This document shows positions 1-8,126 of a stretch of DNA of 11,643 nt, piece by piece; position 1 is the stretch's first letter; each line of letters begins with the position of its first letter. The notes under the pieces are model-generated. The model was given only the letters and a program-made list of their open reading frames with translations, made no database searches and was not told the DNA's origin. The translations under genes and the position numbers were made by a program. Origin of the DNA: Ignavibacteria bacterium (GTDB lineage Bacteria > Elusimicrobiota > Endomicrobiia > PHAN01); assembly GCA_041694835.1 (NCBI GenBank), contig JBGFRZ010000085.1, positions 1 through 11,643 of the forward strand. The letters are read 5' to 3'.

Positions 1-93
1 TACGAAAAACAGATTGACCGGATGGTTTACAAACTTTACGGTTTAACTGATGACGAAATTAAAATCATTGAAGGTTACCCTGGTGTATCGTAG
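1..93 (+). CDS. 3' end (partial) of a probable type IIG / Eco57I-like restriction-modification enzyme or related DNA methyltransferase
   Basis: Not in the ORF track. Frame 1 reads YEKQIDRMVYKLYGLTDDEIKIIEGYPGVS* (TAG 91-93), matching the IDxxVYxLYGLTxxEIxIIE C-terminal tail typical of these enzymes. Only 30 aa are visible. Confidence 0.6.
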   Translation, partial: YEKQIDRMVYKLYGLTDDEIKIIEGYPGVS

Positions 94-170
94 GACCAAT
101 GCTTTGTAATTACCTCTATAGGTTAGATATCCAGGTAAATCTATTTTTACCTTTGGAAACTGTGGTGTGA

Positions 171-240
171 CTGATAAATCGGCAACAACAATCTGCTATG
201 GCAATCCCCGACAAAAGCAGTTGGAGACAGATTGCCCCGC
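171..240. repeat. REP-like palindrome cluster between convergent genes
   Basis: CTGATAAATCGGCAACAACA (171-190) matches 7303-7342 at 18/20 once a 20-nt insert is removed. TGGCAATCCCCGACAAA (199-215) is identical to 7231-7247. GGCAATC (200-206) and GATTGCC (230-236) form an inverted repeat. Confidence 0.75.
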
Positions 241-242
241 TG

Positions 243-3200
243 TTAAAATTTTATTTTATCATTATGGGAAGGCCAGTAGTTTTTTATCGGTGTTACATTA
301 ACATTGTTTTTTTTAAGCGCTCTGATTGCGTCAAGAGCGGCAAGAGCCGCGGGGATAGTTGTGATTATTGGAATTTTATTGATAGTCGCATTTGTTCTGA
401 TAATGTATCCGTCGGAAAGAGATGTTTTTTTTCCTGATGGTGTGTTTATGAGCAAAGATATTTTTGAACCCTTTATAAGGTCAACAACATTGGGGCGCCC
501 CTCACTGATTTTTTTTACTATTTTTATTTTAATTTTATTTTTGACAAGATATTTTCCCGTTCCATCCGTTGAGAGAAGTTTAAATCCTAATTTGCTCAAT
601 CCCCTTGCAATAGGTAAAATTTTTTCTCTGTCTGTTTTTTGTACACTTAAAAAAACATTTCCCGATTTAGGAAGCATCGTCCCGGCTGCGAGCTGCGATT
701 TTGCAAAGGCAAGAGCAAAACTCTTGTCAATTCCCATAACTTCACCCGTTGACTTCATCTCCGGTCCCAAAACGGCGTCCGTCCCTAAAAATCTGTTAAA
801 TGGTAAAACGGACTCTTTAACGGCGAAATACGGCAGATTGAGAGGTTGATAGGCTGAGAGATTGATATGCTGGCCGAGCATGCAAGAGACAGCGAGTTTT
901 ACGAGAGGAATTCCAGTCGCTTTTGATATAAATGGAAGTGTCCGTGACGCTCGAGGATTCACTTCAATAACATAAACTTTCTCATCCTTAATCGCATATT
1001 GTATATTGACGGGGCCCAACACTTTGGCCGAGAGTGCGAGAATTTTGGTGTAGTCATTCAGCGACTTCATTACTTGAGGGCTAAAACTTACTGGCGGCAA
1101 AACAGAGGCGCTATCACCCGAATGAATCCCCGCTTCTTCAATGTGTTCCAATATACCACCGATAAAAATATTTTTTCCGTCGCAAACAGCGTCAACATCG
1201 CACTCTTTTGCGTCTTGTAAAAATTTGTCCATAAAGACGGGTTTATTTTCGGATATTTCCGACGACGTTTCAATATATTTTTTCAAAGATGGCTCGTCGT
1301 AGACGATTTCCATAGCTTGCCCGCCAAGCACATAAGACGGACGGACAATTACAGGATAGCCGATATTTGCAGCTATTTTTTTTGCTTCATCATATGTCTT
1401 GGCGCTGCCCCATTGCGGATGAGGCAATTTAAGTTTTTTTAGAAGTTTTCCGAAACGAATTCTATCTTCTACGAGGTCTATATTTTCCGGAGATGTCCCC
1501 AAAACATTCACACCCGCCGCTTTCAGTTGTCTTGCCAAATTCAAAGGCGTCTGTCCGCCGAAGTTTAAAATTACGCCAAAAGGTCTTTCTACATCAACTA
1601 TGTTGAGAACATCTTCGCAGGTGAGTGGTTCAAAATATAATTTATCAGAAACATCATAATCGGTCGAGACCGTCTCGGGATTGCAGTTGACCATTATTGT
1701 TTCAAATCCAAACCCCTTCAACGCTTTAACCGCATGCACGCAACAATAGTCAAATTCTATCCCCTGCCCGATTCTGTTTGGCCCACCACCTAATATCATT
1801 ATTTTTTTGTGGCTCGTGGCTCGTGGCTTGTGGCTCGTATTCTCGCTTTCTTCTTCATAAGTTGAATAAAAATAAGGAGTTTGCGATTCAAATTCACCTG
1901 CACAGGTGTCAACCATTTTATATGATGGCACAATTCCAAATTTTTTTCGCATGTTTCTGATTTCATCTTCATTTTTTCCTGACAGGTAACCGATTTGCTC
2001 ATCAGAAAATCCATACCGCTTCGCTTTTTTAACGAGTTGAGAGATGAGAGGTGAGTTTTTTCTCTTGTCTGACCTCTGACCTCTGACCTCTGTCCTCTGT
2101 CCTCTAAACTCTAAACTAATTTGATTTTCCAACTCTACAATTTCTCTTATTTGTTCAATAAACCACTTGTCTATCTTAGAAATTTCTGCAATTTGAGCGA
2201 CCGATAAACCGAGTTGCAATGCGTATTTTATATTAAAAATCCTATCGCAGTTTGGAACTTTCAGTTTGTATTTAACCAACTCGAGATATGCTTTTTTTTC
2301 GATTGAGTTGTCGGATAATTTTAAGAGACGTTCTATGGTTTTTGTCTGTCCAAATCCATCGGCGCCAAGTCCGTATCTGCCTATTTCCAGACCTCTTAAT
2401 GCTTTTTGGAGCGACTCTTTGAAATTTCTACCCATGGCCATCACTTCTCCGACGGATTTCATTGATACACCTAATGTCTGGTCGGTATCAACGAATTTTT
2501 CAAAAGTAAATCGTGGGATTTTTACTACGACATAATCAATAGCGGGTTCAAAAGACGCCGGAGTTTTTTTCGTGATATCATTTTTTATTTCGTCAAGGTT
2601 ATATCCAACGGCAAGCAAACTCGCAATTTTTGCAATTGGAAATCCTGTGGCTTTTGAGGCGAGTGCAGATGAGCGAGAAACTCTCGGATTCATCTCAATC
2701 ACAACCATTCGCCCGTCGTTTGGATTAACTGCAAATTGTATATTTGAGCCACCGGTGTCAACGCCAATTTCTCTAATGATTTTTATAGACGCATCTCGCA
2801 TTTGTTGGTATTCTGTGTCGGAGAGCGTCTGGGCAGGAGCAACGGTGATTGAATCGCCGGTATGAACACCCATCGGGTCGATATTTTCAATCGGACAAAT
2901 AATTACTACATTGTCAGCTTTATCCCGCATAACTTCTAATTCGTATTCTTTCCATCCAATGACTGATTCTTCGATGAGGACTTTATTGATTGGGCTCATT
3001 GAAAGCCCCCGCGAAACTTTTTCGTCAAATTCTTTTTCCTCAAAGCACAAACTTCCCCCGCCCCCGCCGAGGGTGAAGGAAGGTCTGATGATATTTGGAA
3101 ATCCTATTTTTTTTGCGATTTCTCTCGCTTCGGAGAGTGTTTTAACATGTGCAGATCCAGGCACATCTAAACCCACTCTTTTAACGCTCTTTTTAAAAAG

Positions 3201-3590
3201 TTCTCTATCTTCGGCTTTTTTTATGACATCATAATTGGCGCCGATTAACTCTACTTTGTGTTTTTTTAAGACGCCTTTTTCGTATAACTCGATAGCCAAA
3301 TTTAGTGCGGTTTGTCCGCCGAGAGTGGGCAAGAGCGCATCGGGTTTTTCCTTAGCGATTACTTTTTCGACGAAGTCAAAGGTGAGCGGTTCTATATATG
3401 TTGCCTCCGCGAACTCAGGGTCAGTCATTATGGTTGCCGGGTTGGAGTTGATAAGAATTATTTTAAAACCCTCTTTTTTTAAAGCCCTGCATCCTTGAGT
3501 CCCCGAGTAATCAAATTCGCATGCTTGTCCGATAACGATTGGCCCACTTCCAATGAGCAGTATTTTTTCTATGTCAGTTCTTTTTGGCAT
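243..3590 (-). CDS. carB: Carbamoyl-phosphate synthase large subunit
   Basis: 1115 aa. N-terminus [25 protein letters not shown], motifs GVHTGDS and [18 protein letters not shown], second repeat [15 protein letters not shown] with GIHSGDS and [22 protein letters not shown], and a C-terminal MGS-like domain. Confidence 0.99.
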   Translation of the reverse strand: MPKRTDIEKILLIGSGPIVIGQACEFDYSGTQGCRALKKEGFKIILINSNPATIMTDPEFAEATYIEPLTFDFVEKVIAKEKPDALLPTLGGQTALNLAIELYEKGVLKKHKVELIGANYDVIKKAEDRELFKKSVKRVGLDVPGSAHVKTLSEAREIAKKIGFPNIIRPSFTLGGGGGSLCFEEKEFDEKVSRGLSMSPINKVLIEESVIGWKEYELEVMRDKADNVVIICPIENIDPMGVHTGDSITVAPAQTLSDTEYQQMRDASIKIIREIGVDTGGSNIQFAVNPNDGRMVVIEMNPRVSRSSALASKATGFPIAKIASLLAVGYNLDEIKNDITKKTPASFEPAIDYVVVKIPRFTFEKFVDTDQTLGVSMKSVGEVMAMGRNFKESLQKALRGLEIGRYGLGADGFGQTKTIERLLKLSDNSIEKKAYLELVKYKLKVPNCDRIFNIKYALQLGLSVAQIAEISKIDKWFIEQIREIVELENQISLEFRGQRTEVRGQRSDKRKNSPLISQLVKKAKRYGFSDEQIGYLSGKNEDEIRNMRKKFGIVPSYKMVDTCAGEFESQTPYFYSTYEEESENTSHKPRATSHKKIMILGGGPNRIGQGIEFDYCCVHAVKALKGFGFETIMVNCNPETVSTDYDVSDKLYFEPLTCEDVLNIVDVERPFGVILNFGGQTPLNLARQLKAAGVNVLGTSPENIDLVEDRIRFGKLLKKLKLPHPQWGSAKTYDEAKKIAANIGYPVIVRPSYVLGGQAMEIVYDEPSLKKYIETSSEISENKPVFMDKFLQDAKECDVDAVCDGKNIFIGGILEHIEEAGIHSGDSASVLPPVSFSPQVMKSLNDYTKILALSAKVLGPVNIQYAIKDEKVYVIEVNPRASRTLPFISKATGIPLVKLAVSCMLGQHINLSAYQPLNLPYFAVKESVLPFNRFLGTDAVLGPEMKSTGEVMGIDKSFALAFAKSQLAAGTMLPKSGNVFLSVQKTDREKILPIARGLSKLGFKLLSTDGTGKYLVKNKIKIKIVKKISEGRPNVVDLIKGSKISLLINTPSGKKTSLSDGYIIRTNATINKIPIITTIPAALAALDAIRALKKNNVNVTPIKNYWPSHNDKIKF
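835..866. repeat. Degenerate octamer tandem repeat (AGRTTGAK x4) inside carB
   Basis: AGATTGAG AGGTTGAT AGGCTGAG AGATTGAT; encodes [11 protein letters not shown]. Reverse complement of the unit at 8227-8266. Confidence 0.7.
1809..1838. repeat. Heptamer tandem repeat (GTGGCTC x4) inside carB
   Basis: GTGGCTC GTGGCTC GTGGCTT GTGGCTC GT; encodes [10 protein letters not shown]. Confidence 0.9.
2034..2116. repeat. Two adjacent heptamer arrays inside carB
   Basis: GAGTTGA GAGATGA GAGGTGA (2034-2054), then TCTGACC x3, TCTGTCC x2, TCTAAAC x2 (2068-2116); encodes [27 protein letters not shown]. Confidence 0.9.
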
Positions 3591-3655
3591 AATTCGCTTC
3601 GTTCACTTATATTCAACCCCTTAGGAGATTTATGGGACACCACATTAGATAGCAA

Positions 3656-5746
3656 TCATCTAATGGGGTAGACCTTTACTGGTTTTGTTTTGCCTTTTAT
3701 TGCCGTCTCAAAAGGTTCTGATATATCAATCTGGCTTTTCACATACTCATACACATTCTCACCAATGAGTATCTGCTCCGGATGTGCTATTTGTTGTAGC
3801 CGGAATGCAATATTTACAGTATCACCGACGATAGTGTAATCGGCTCTTCTTTCAGAGCCGATATTTCCGGCAACCGCCTCCCCTGTATTTACTGCGATAC
3901 CTGGTTTAAGCACTTGTTTGTTTTGCTCCATTCTTAACTGGTTCAATTTTCTAATCTCAGATTGAATTTTTAATGCACACCGGCATGCTCTTAAATGATG
4001 GTCTGGCTGGTCTAATGGTGCCGAAAATATAGCCATCACGCAATCACCGATAAATTTATCAATAGTGCCTTCGTATTCAAAAATAATATCAACTATCCTG
4101 CTAAAATACTGGTTTAGTGTCTCAAGTACTTCTTCGGGTGGTGCTGATTCTGCATATTTTGTGAACCCGCGCATATCAACAAACATAACAGATACAGTTC
4201 TTTTTTCGCCTTTAAGATAAATAATATCCGGATTTTTCAGTATTTTTTCTACTACCGGTTTCGCAACATAGCGTTTGAATGTTTCCTTTACAAACTCTCG
4301 TTCTTTGAGTCCTTTTACCATTTTATTAAATGCAGTTCCAAGTTGACCGATTTCATCTTTCGTCTTGAAATACACCTTTGCATCTAAATCCATATTTTCT
4401 ACACGACGCATTTCTTTAACTAATGTATAAACCGGCATCAGCAAAACTTTAATCACGAACACTAAAACCATAATTCCAATAGTTGCGATTAAAAGTAGTG
4501 AATATCCTGATGATGCTAAAATATTGACAAGTTGCCATTGTTTCAAGTTATAGTACGAAAAAACAAGAAAGTAGCCATGAACTTTTGTAATTGTCCGGAT
4601 AGGATATATATACGCATTGTATGGAAATATCTCTTTGGTTTGAATAATAAGTTTTACCGTAGATAAAAATTCTTTCAGTGTATTCTGTTTTGGATACAGC
4701 GTCAATGTATAAAATGTTGGTTCAACTCTTGCATATGTCAGTTCATTTATTTCTGATAGACTAATTCTGGTATACAGATTCTTGAGTAACGATTTAAAAG
4801 ATTCCGGATGAGCATTTAACCATACAGTCGTATTTTCAGCAGCACCCAAGGTTAAAGGAACGCCATCACTGCTATATACAATTATATTGGTAACATCAAT
4901 TTTGCGTAATGCAGCAAAATCACTGATACCTTTTGTGTCACGAAACCGAGCGACCATTTTCCAGAAAGTATTTGTTGTGGTTGGTAGTTCTGTTTTCTTT
5001 TCTTTTAACAAACTGTTCAGATGTTCATCGCAATTAACATATAGCAGATTGGCTATTTGTATATCTGTATCATGGAAGATATTTTTTATATTCAAAATTA
5101 GTGTGGAAGACAAAACTATACCGAGTAATAACAACACACTACCAGCGATAATAATAAATTTCGTCAGCAGTCGTATATTTACTCGCATAAGTGCTCTGAT
5201 AAACCAGTTTACAAAAGGTGCGACTGAAACCAAAACCAATAAAGTAATCAGTGCAAAATTAAAAACTAATTTCATCGGTTGAACAGTTTTTATTTTAAGA
5301 ATAGAATTGAAACCACCAAAATGGTCATCAACTTTTTTGGGATTGGTTAGATCTTCAGTCCAGAGATATAGTATTTTTTCTTTCAATTTTTTATCTTCCG
5401 GAACCAATCTGAACTTGTATAAATAATCACCGGGCGGCAATTTAAGTGTTGTAGCATAATTATTCATATCTATCTTTTTTAAGAAATATAAATCTGCAGA
5501 ATCAAGAATATAATCAATATGTTTTGGATTGCCCCATTCGTTAAATGTACCTACGAGTTCTATGGTTTTGATTTTTGTATCAACAGGAATTTTGTATCTA
5601 TCAGCGATTTCTTTGGGTAGTTTACCGTCTGAGAGAGAAAAATAGAAGGTTACAGGTTTTGTATTTTTTAACTCAATAAGATTGAAGATATAATTTCCTG
5701 CAACCAAACATATCACTAACAGAATTGGCGCTATTATTTTTTTCAT
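3656..5746 (-). CDS. Membrane-bound class III adenylate cyclase with N-terminal CBM48/glycogen-binding-like domain, extracytoplasmic sensor region and HAMP domain
   Basis: 696 aa. Cyclase motifs VMFVDMRGFT, IDKFIGDCVMAIF, GIAVNTGEAVAGNIGS and YTIVGDTVNIAFRLQ; HAMP-like PVYTL...DEIGQLGTAFNKMV; four hydrophobic segments; N-terminal VGTFNEW...LPPGDYLYKF...W.ED..NP....D.FGGFNS. Confidence 0.9.
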   Translation of the reverse strand: MKKIIAPILLVICLVAGNYIFNLIELKNTKPVTFYFSLSDGKLPKEIADRYKIPVDTKIKTIELVGTFNEWGNPKHIDYILDSADLYFLKKIDMNNYATTLKLPPGDYLYKFRLVPEDKKLKEKILYLWTEDLTNPKKVDDHFGGFNSILKIKTVQPMKLVFNFALITLLVLVSVAPFVNWFIRALMRVNIRLLTKFIIIAGSVLLLLGIVLSSTLILNIKNIFHDTDIQIANLLYVNCDEHLNSLLKEKKTELPTTTNTFWKMVARFRDTKGISDFAALRKIDVTNIIVYSSDGVPLTLGAAENTTVWLNAHPESFKSLLKNLYTRISLSEINELTYARVEPTFYTLTLYPKQNTLKEFLSTVKLIIQTKEIFPYNAYIYPIRTITKVHGYFLVFSYYNLKQWQLVNILASSGYSLLLIATIGIMVLVFVIKVLLMPVYTLVKEMRRVENMDLDAKVYFKTKDEIGQLGTAFNKMVKGLKEREFVKETFKRYVAKPVVEKILKNPDIIYLKGEKRTVSVMFVDMRGFTKYAESAPPEEVLETLNQYFSRIVDIIFEYEGTIDKFIGDCVMAIFSAPLDQPDHHLRACRCALKIQSEIRKLNQLRMEQNKQVLKPGIAVNTGEAVAGNIGSERRADYTIVGDTVNIAFRLQQIAHPEQILIGENVYEYVKSQIDISEPFETAIKGKTKPVKVYPIR

Positions 5747-5780
5747 AGATTTTGTCTTTGGCAGGATTTTAGTTTTATTT

Positions 5781-5842
5781 AACCACGAATTATAGGAATA
5801 ACACGAAGTTTTTAACTCGCTTAATTAGAACAATTCGTGGTT
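5781..5842. repeat. CACGAA-type inverted-repeat element
   Basis: AACCACGAATT (5781-5791) and AATTCGTGGTT (5832-5842) form a perfect 11-bp inverted repeat with an extra internal ACACGAA; similar termini occur at 9386 and 9762. Confidence 0.75.
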
Positions 5843-5864
5843 TCATATTTTTATCCCGTTAATT

Positions 5865-5918
5865 GTTCGACTGAGCAGTTCGGCTCTGAGCTCAGAGCCC
5901 AATGGCGAATGACGAAGT
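5865..5918. repeat. Perfect 18-bp palindrome within a GTTCGACTGAGC...GACGAAGT element downstream of carA
   Basis: GGCTCTGAGCTCAGAGCC (5882-5899) is its own reverse complement; the flanks TTCGAC and GACGAA pair at 5/6. Confidence 0.75.
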
Positions 5919-5939
5919 TCTGTCAACTTCTTTTTCAGT

Positions 5940-7199
5940 TCATGTTTTTCTATCTATAGCACCCGATTTTATAAGTTTTGCAAATTTTTCAAAAAGGTAT
6001 TTTGTATCGTGTGGACCTGGCGATGCTTCAGGATGAAATTGGACAGAAAATATCGGCAGTTTCTTGTGCTCCATTCCTTCACAGGTTCCATCGTTCAGAT
6101 TTATATGTGTCACAACAAAATCGCTGTTATTTTCAATCTCCCATCTATTATCTCCTATCTGTCTCGTTCTAACCGCAAAATTATGGTTTTCTGCCGCAAT
6201 TTCCACTCGTCCCGTTATTAGATTTTTTATCGGCTGATTGGAGCCATGATGACCGAATTTCAGTTTATAGGTTTTTCCACCACAAGCAAGTGCAATGATT
6301 TGATGCCCAAGACAAATTCCAAAGACGGGTAAACGGTAGAAGGTAGAAGGTAGATGATAAATCAGTTCCTTTACGGTTTCTATGGCGTAGGGAATGCCTT
6401 CAGGGTCGCCGGGTCCGTTAGAAAGCATTATGCCTTTTGGTTTTAGTGCTAAAATTTTTTCAAAAGATGTATTTGCAGGAACAACTGCGGGAGACAATCC
6501 TACAGATGCAAGGGAGCGTAAAATATTCGTTTTGACTCCGCAATCGATTACTGCGACACGATGCTGGTGGCTGGTGCCCGATAGCTGGTTGCTTGCGAAT
6601 GATGAATAGTGGTTGGTAACTTGTGACCTGTGCTCTTGTGCTCTTGTGCTCTTGTGTTCTTGTGCCTTGTGCCTTGTGCACTCATATACATTTGAACAAG
6701 TGACTTCTTTGACCAAGTCCCTGCCGACGATACCGGGCACCGCTTTCATTTTGGCGAGCAGTAATTTTTTGTCAAAATTAGTTTCTTCGCGATATGACGA
6801 GATAATTCCTTTCATAGAACCCTTTTCGCGAATTTTTTTCACAATCGCTCTCGTGTCAACGCTTTCAATGGCGACGATTTTATTTTCTTTTAAGAAATCA
6901 GCGAGTGATTTTTTTGCGCGCCAATTAGAATAGACTTTAGAGTATTCACGGACGATAAACCCGGAAAGATGCGGTTTGACCGACTCAAAATCATCAAAAT
7001 TAATTCCATAATTCCCAATATGCGGATATGTCATCGTAACAATCTGTCCTTTATACGATGGGTCGGTCAATATCTCTTGATAGCCCGTCATTGAAGTATT
7101 GAACACCACCTCGCCGACCGCCTCCCCGTCGGCGCCGAACGACTCTCCCAGAAAAGTCGTTTCATCTTCAAGTATAATAACTGCCTTACTTTTAATCAT
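5940..7199 (-). CDS. carA: Carbamoyl-phosphate synthase small (glutaminase) subunit
   Basis: Motifs GEVVFNTSMTGYQEILTDPSY.GQ, TYPHIGNYG, LSNGPGDP, FGICLGHQ (catalytic Cys) and VQFHPEA.PGP (His/Glu). Start moved from 7271 to ATG 7199 (ATG 7208 also possible), because family similarity starts at KAVIILED and the upstream extension is repeat-derived. Confidence 0.98.
   Translation of the reverse strand: MIKSKAVIILEDETTFLGESFGADGEAVGEVVFNTSMTGYQEILTDPSYKGQIVTMTYPHIGNYGINFDDFESVKPHLSGFIVREYSKVYSNWRAKKSLADFLKENKIVAIESVDTRAIVKKIREKGSMKGIISSYREETNFDKKLLLAKMKAVPGIVGRDLVKEVTCSNVYECTRHKAQEHKSTRAQEHRSQVTNHYSSFASNQLSGTSHQHRVAVIDCGVKTNILRSLASVGLSPAVVPANTSFEKILALKPKGIMLSNGPGDPEGIPYAIETVKELIYHLPSTFYRLPVFGICLGHQIIALACGGKTYKLKFGHHGSNQPIKNLITGRVEIAAENHNFAVRTRQIGDNRWEIENNSDFVVTHINLNDGTCEGMEHKKLPIFSVQFHPEASPGPHDTKYLFEKFAKLIKSGAIDRKT
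6328..6362. repeat. Heptamer tandem repeat (GGTAGAA-like x5) inside carA
   Basis: GGTAAAC GGTAGAA GGTAGAA GGTAGAT GATAAAT; encodes IYHLPSTFYRLP. Confidence 0.85.
6563..6679. repeat. Composite heptamer/octamer array inside carA
   Basis: GCTGGTG GCTGGTG CCCGATA GCTGGTT (6563-6590); TAGTGGT TGGTAAC TTGTGAC CTGTGCT (6607-6634); CTTGTGCT x2 plus CTTGTGTT (6635-6658); CTTGTGC x3 (6659-6679). Confidence 0.9.
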
Positions 7200-7230
7200 A
7201 GTGTTCATCGGTTGGGACGATTTGTGCGGG

Positions 7231-7364
7231 TGGCAATCCCCGACAAAGACATCAAGGACATGCCGCGCCACTACATTGCAGATTTATATCCGCCGCTACA
7301 TACCGATAAACCCCGCCATAACGGGGCAGGTCGGCAACTACAACTCCCCTCTATCAAGATGGGA
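7231..7364. repeat. Cluster of GTAG-type REP-like hairpins upstream of carA
   Basis: Three units end in CTACA (7271-7275, 7296-7300, 7338-7342; TGTAG on the minus strand), each next to an imperfect palindrome. A further hairpin TCCCCTCT/AGATGGGA lies at 7345-7364. Confidence 0.75.
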
Positions 7365-7378
7365 CTGGGGCGTGTTCC

Positions 7379-7441
7379 TTTTTCCTTTTGCAATTTTCCT
7401 TTACACTTTACCAATTACCGATTACCGATTACTGATTACTT
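7379..7441. repeat. Period-7 array overlapping the phoU stop codon
   Basis: TTTTTCC TTTTGCA ATTTTCC TTTACAC TTTACCA ATTACCG ATTACCG ATTACTG ATTACTT. Confidence 0.8.
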
Positions 7442-8106
7442 CTGTCCTGTCTGTCGTAAGGATGACGGACATCCTTGCCGGTTATAAAATATATCACATC
7501 TTCGACGATGTTCACAGACATATCACCCACTCGTTCAAAACGATGACTTATTGAAATTACATCAAGTGCGAGTTCCGTAATTTCCGGTTTTCTCTTGATT
7601 TGTTCAATCACATCCTTGATAAGTTTTCTGTTTAAACCATCAAGAACATCTTCCTTGCTAAAAATTTCATCTGCGACAGAAATATCATTTTTGAGCAACG
7701 CATCAACCGATTTTTTGAGCATCTCTTTTGAGAGTTCTGCCATCTGCGGCAAAAGAAAGCCTTTTTCAAGCAGCGGGTTTTCGATAAGGTGTTTTACTCT
7801 TTCACAGATGTTCACGGCTTCGTCCGCAATTCTTTCAAGGTCATTTGTTATTTTCGAGATAATGTTTAAGAGTCGCAAATCCTGACCAACCGGTTGATGT
7901 AAGGCGATAAGTTTAGATACATTCTGGTCAATTTCCATCTCTATTCGGTTGATAGTGTGTTCGGTTGTATTTGTAAATTCAATTTTAGAACTGTCAAGAT
8001 TTATAAGTGCGGCGACGGAACTGTCCAGCATTTGCTGAACAAGTCCCGCCATATTTAAAAGTTCTGTTTTTAACATTTCAAGTTCTTGATGAAAATGTTT
8101 TTCCAC
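7429..8106 (-). CDS. phoU: Phosphate signalling complex protein PhoU
   Basis: 225 aa with two PhoU repeats (INRIEMEID...IALHQPVGQDLR...DLERIADEAVNI; ED.LD...FERVGDMSVNI.EDVIYFITGKDVRH). GTG start with GGGAGG SD at 8111-8116; downstream of pstAB. Confidence 0.96.
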   Translation of the reverse strand: MEKHFHQELEMLKTELLNMAGLVQQMLDSSVAALINLDSSKIEFTNTTEHTINRIEMEIDQNVSKLIALHQPVGQDLRLLNIISKITNDLERIADEAVNICERVKHLIENPLLEKGFLLPQMAELSKEMLKKSVDALLKNDISVADEIFSKEDVLDGLNRKLIKDVIEQIKRKPEITELALDVISISHRFERVGDMSVNIVEDVIYFITGKDVRHPYDRQDRSNQ

Positions 8107-8126
8107 TTTTCCTCCCGTTATAAAAT

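Noticed and set aside
133-152. Possible terminator AGGTAAA/TTTACCT between convergent genes
   Set aside because: Weak AT-rich 7-bp stem without a convincing U-tract.
198-3498. Plus-strand and alternate-frame ORFs overlapping carB
   Set aside because: Antisense or shadow frames of a conserved gene, with no motifs. The same applies to those over the cyclase, carA, phoU, arsC, MIP and pst genes.
7200-7271. 24-aa N-terminal extension of CarA in the ORF track
   Set aside because: It lies largely in REP-like DNA; family similarity starts only at MIKSKAVIILED.
7200-7428. PyrR attenuator or riboswitch ahead of carA
   Set aside because: No PyrR-binding-loop consensus recognised; the hairpins are explained by dispersed repeat families.
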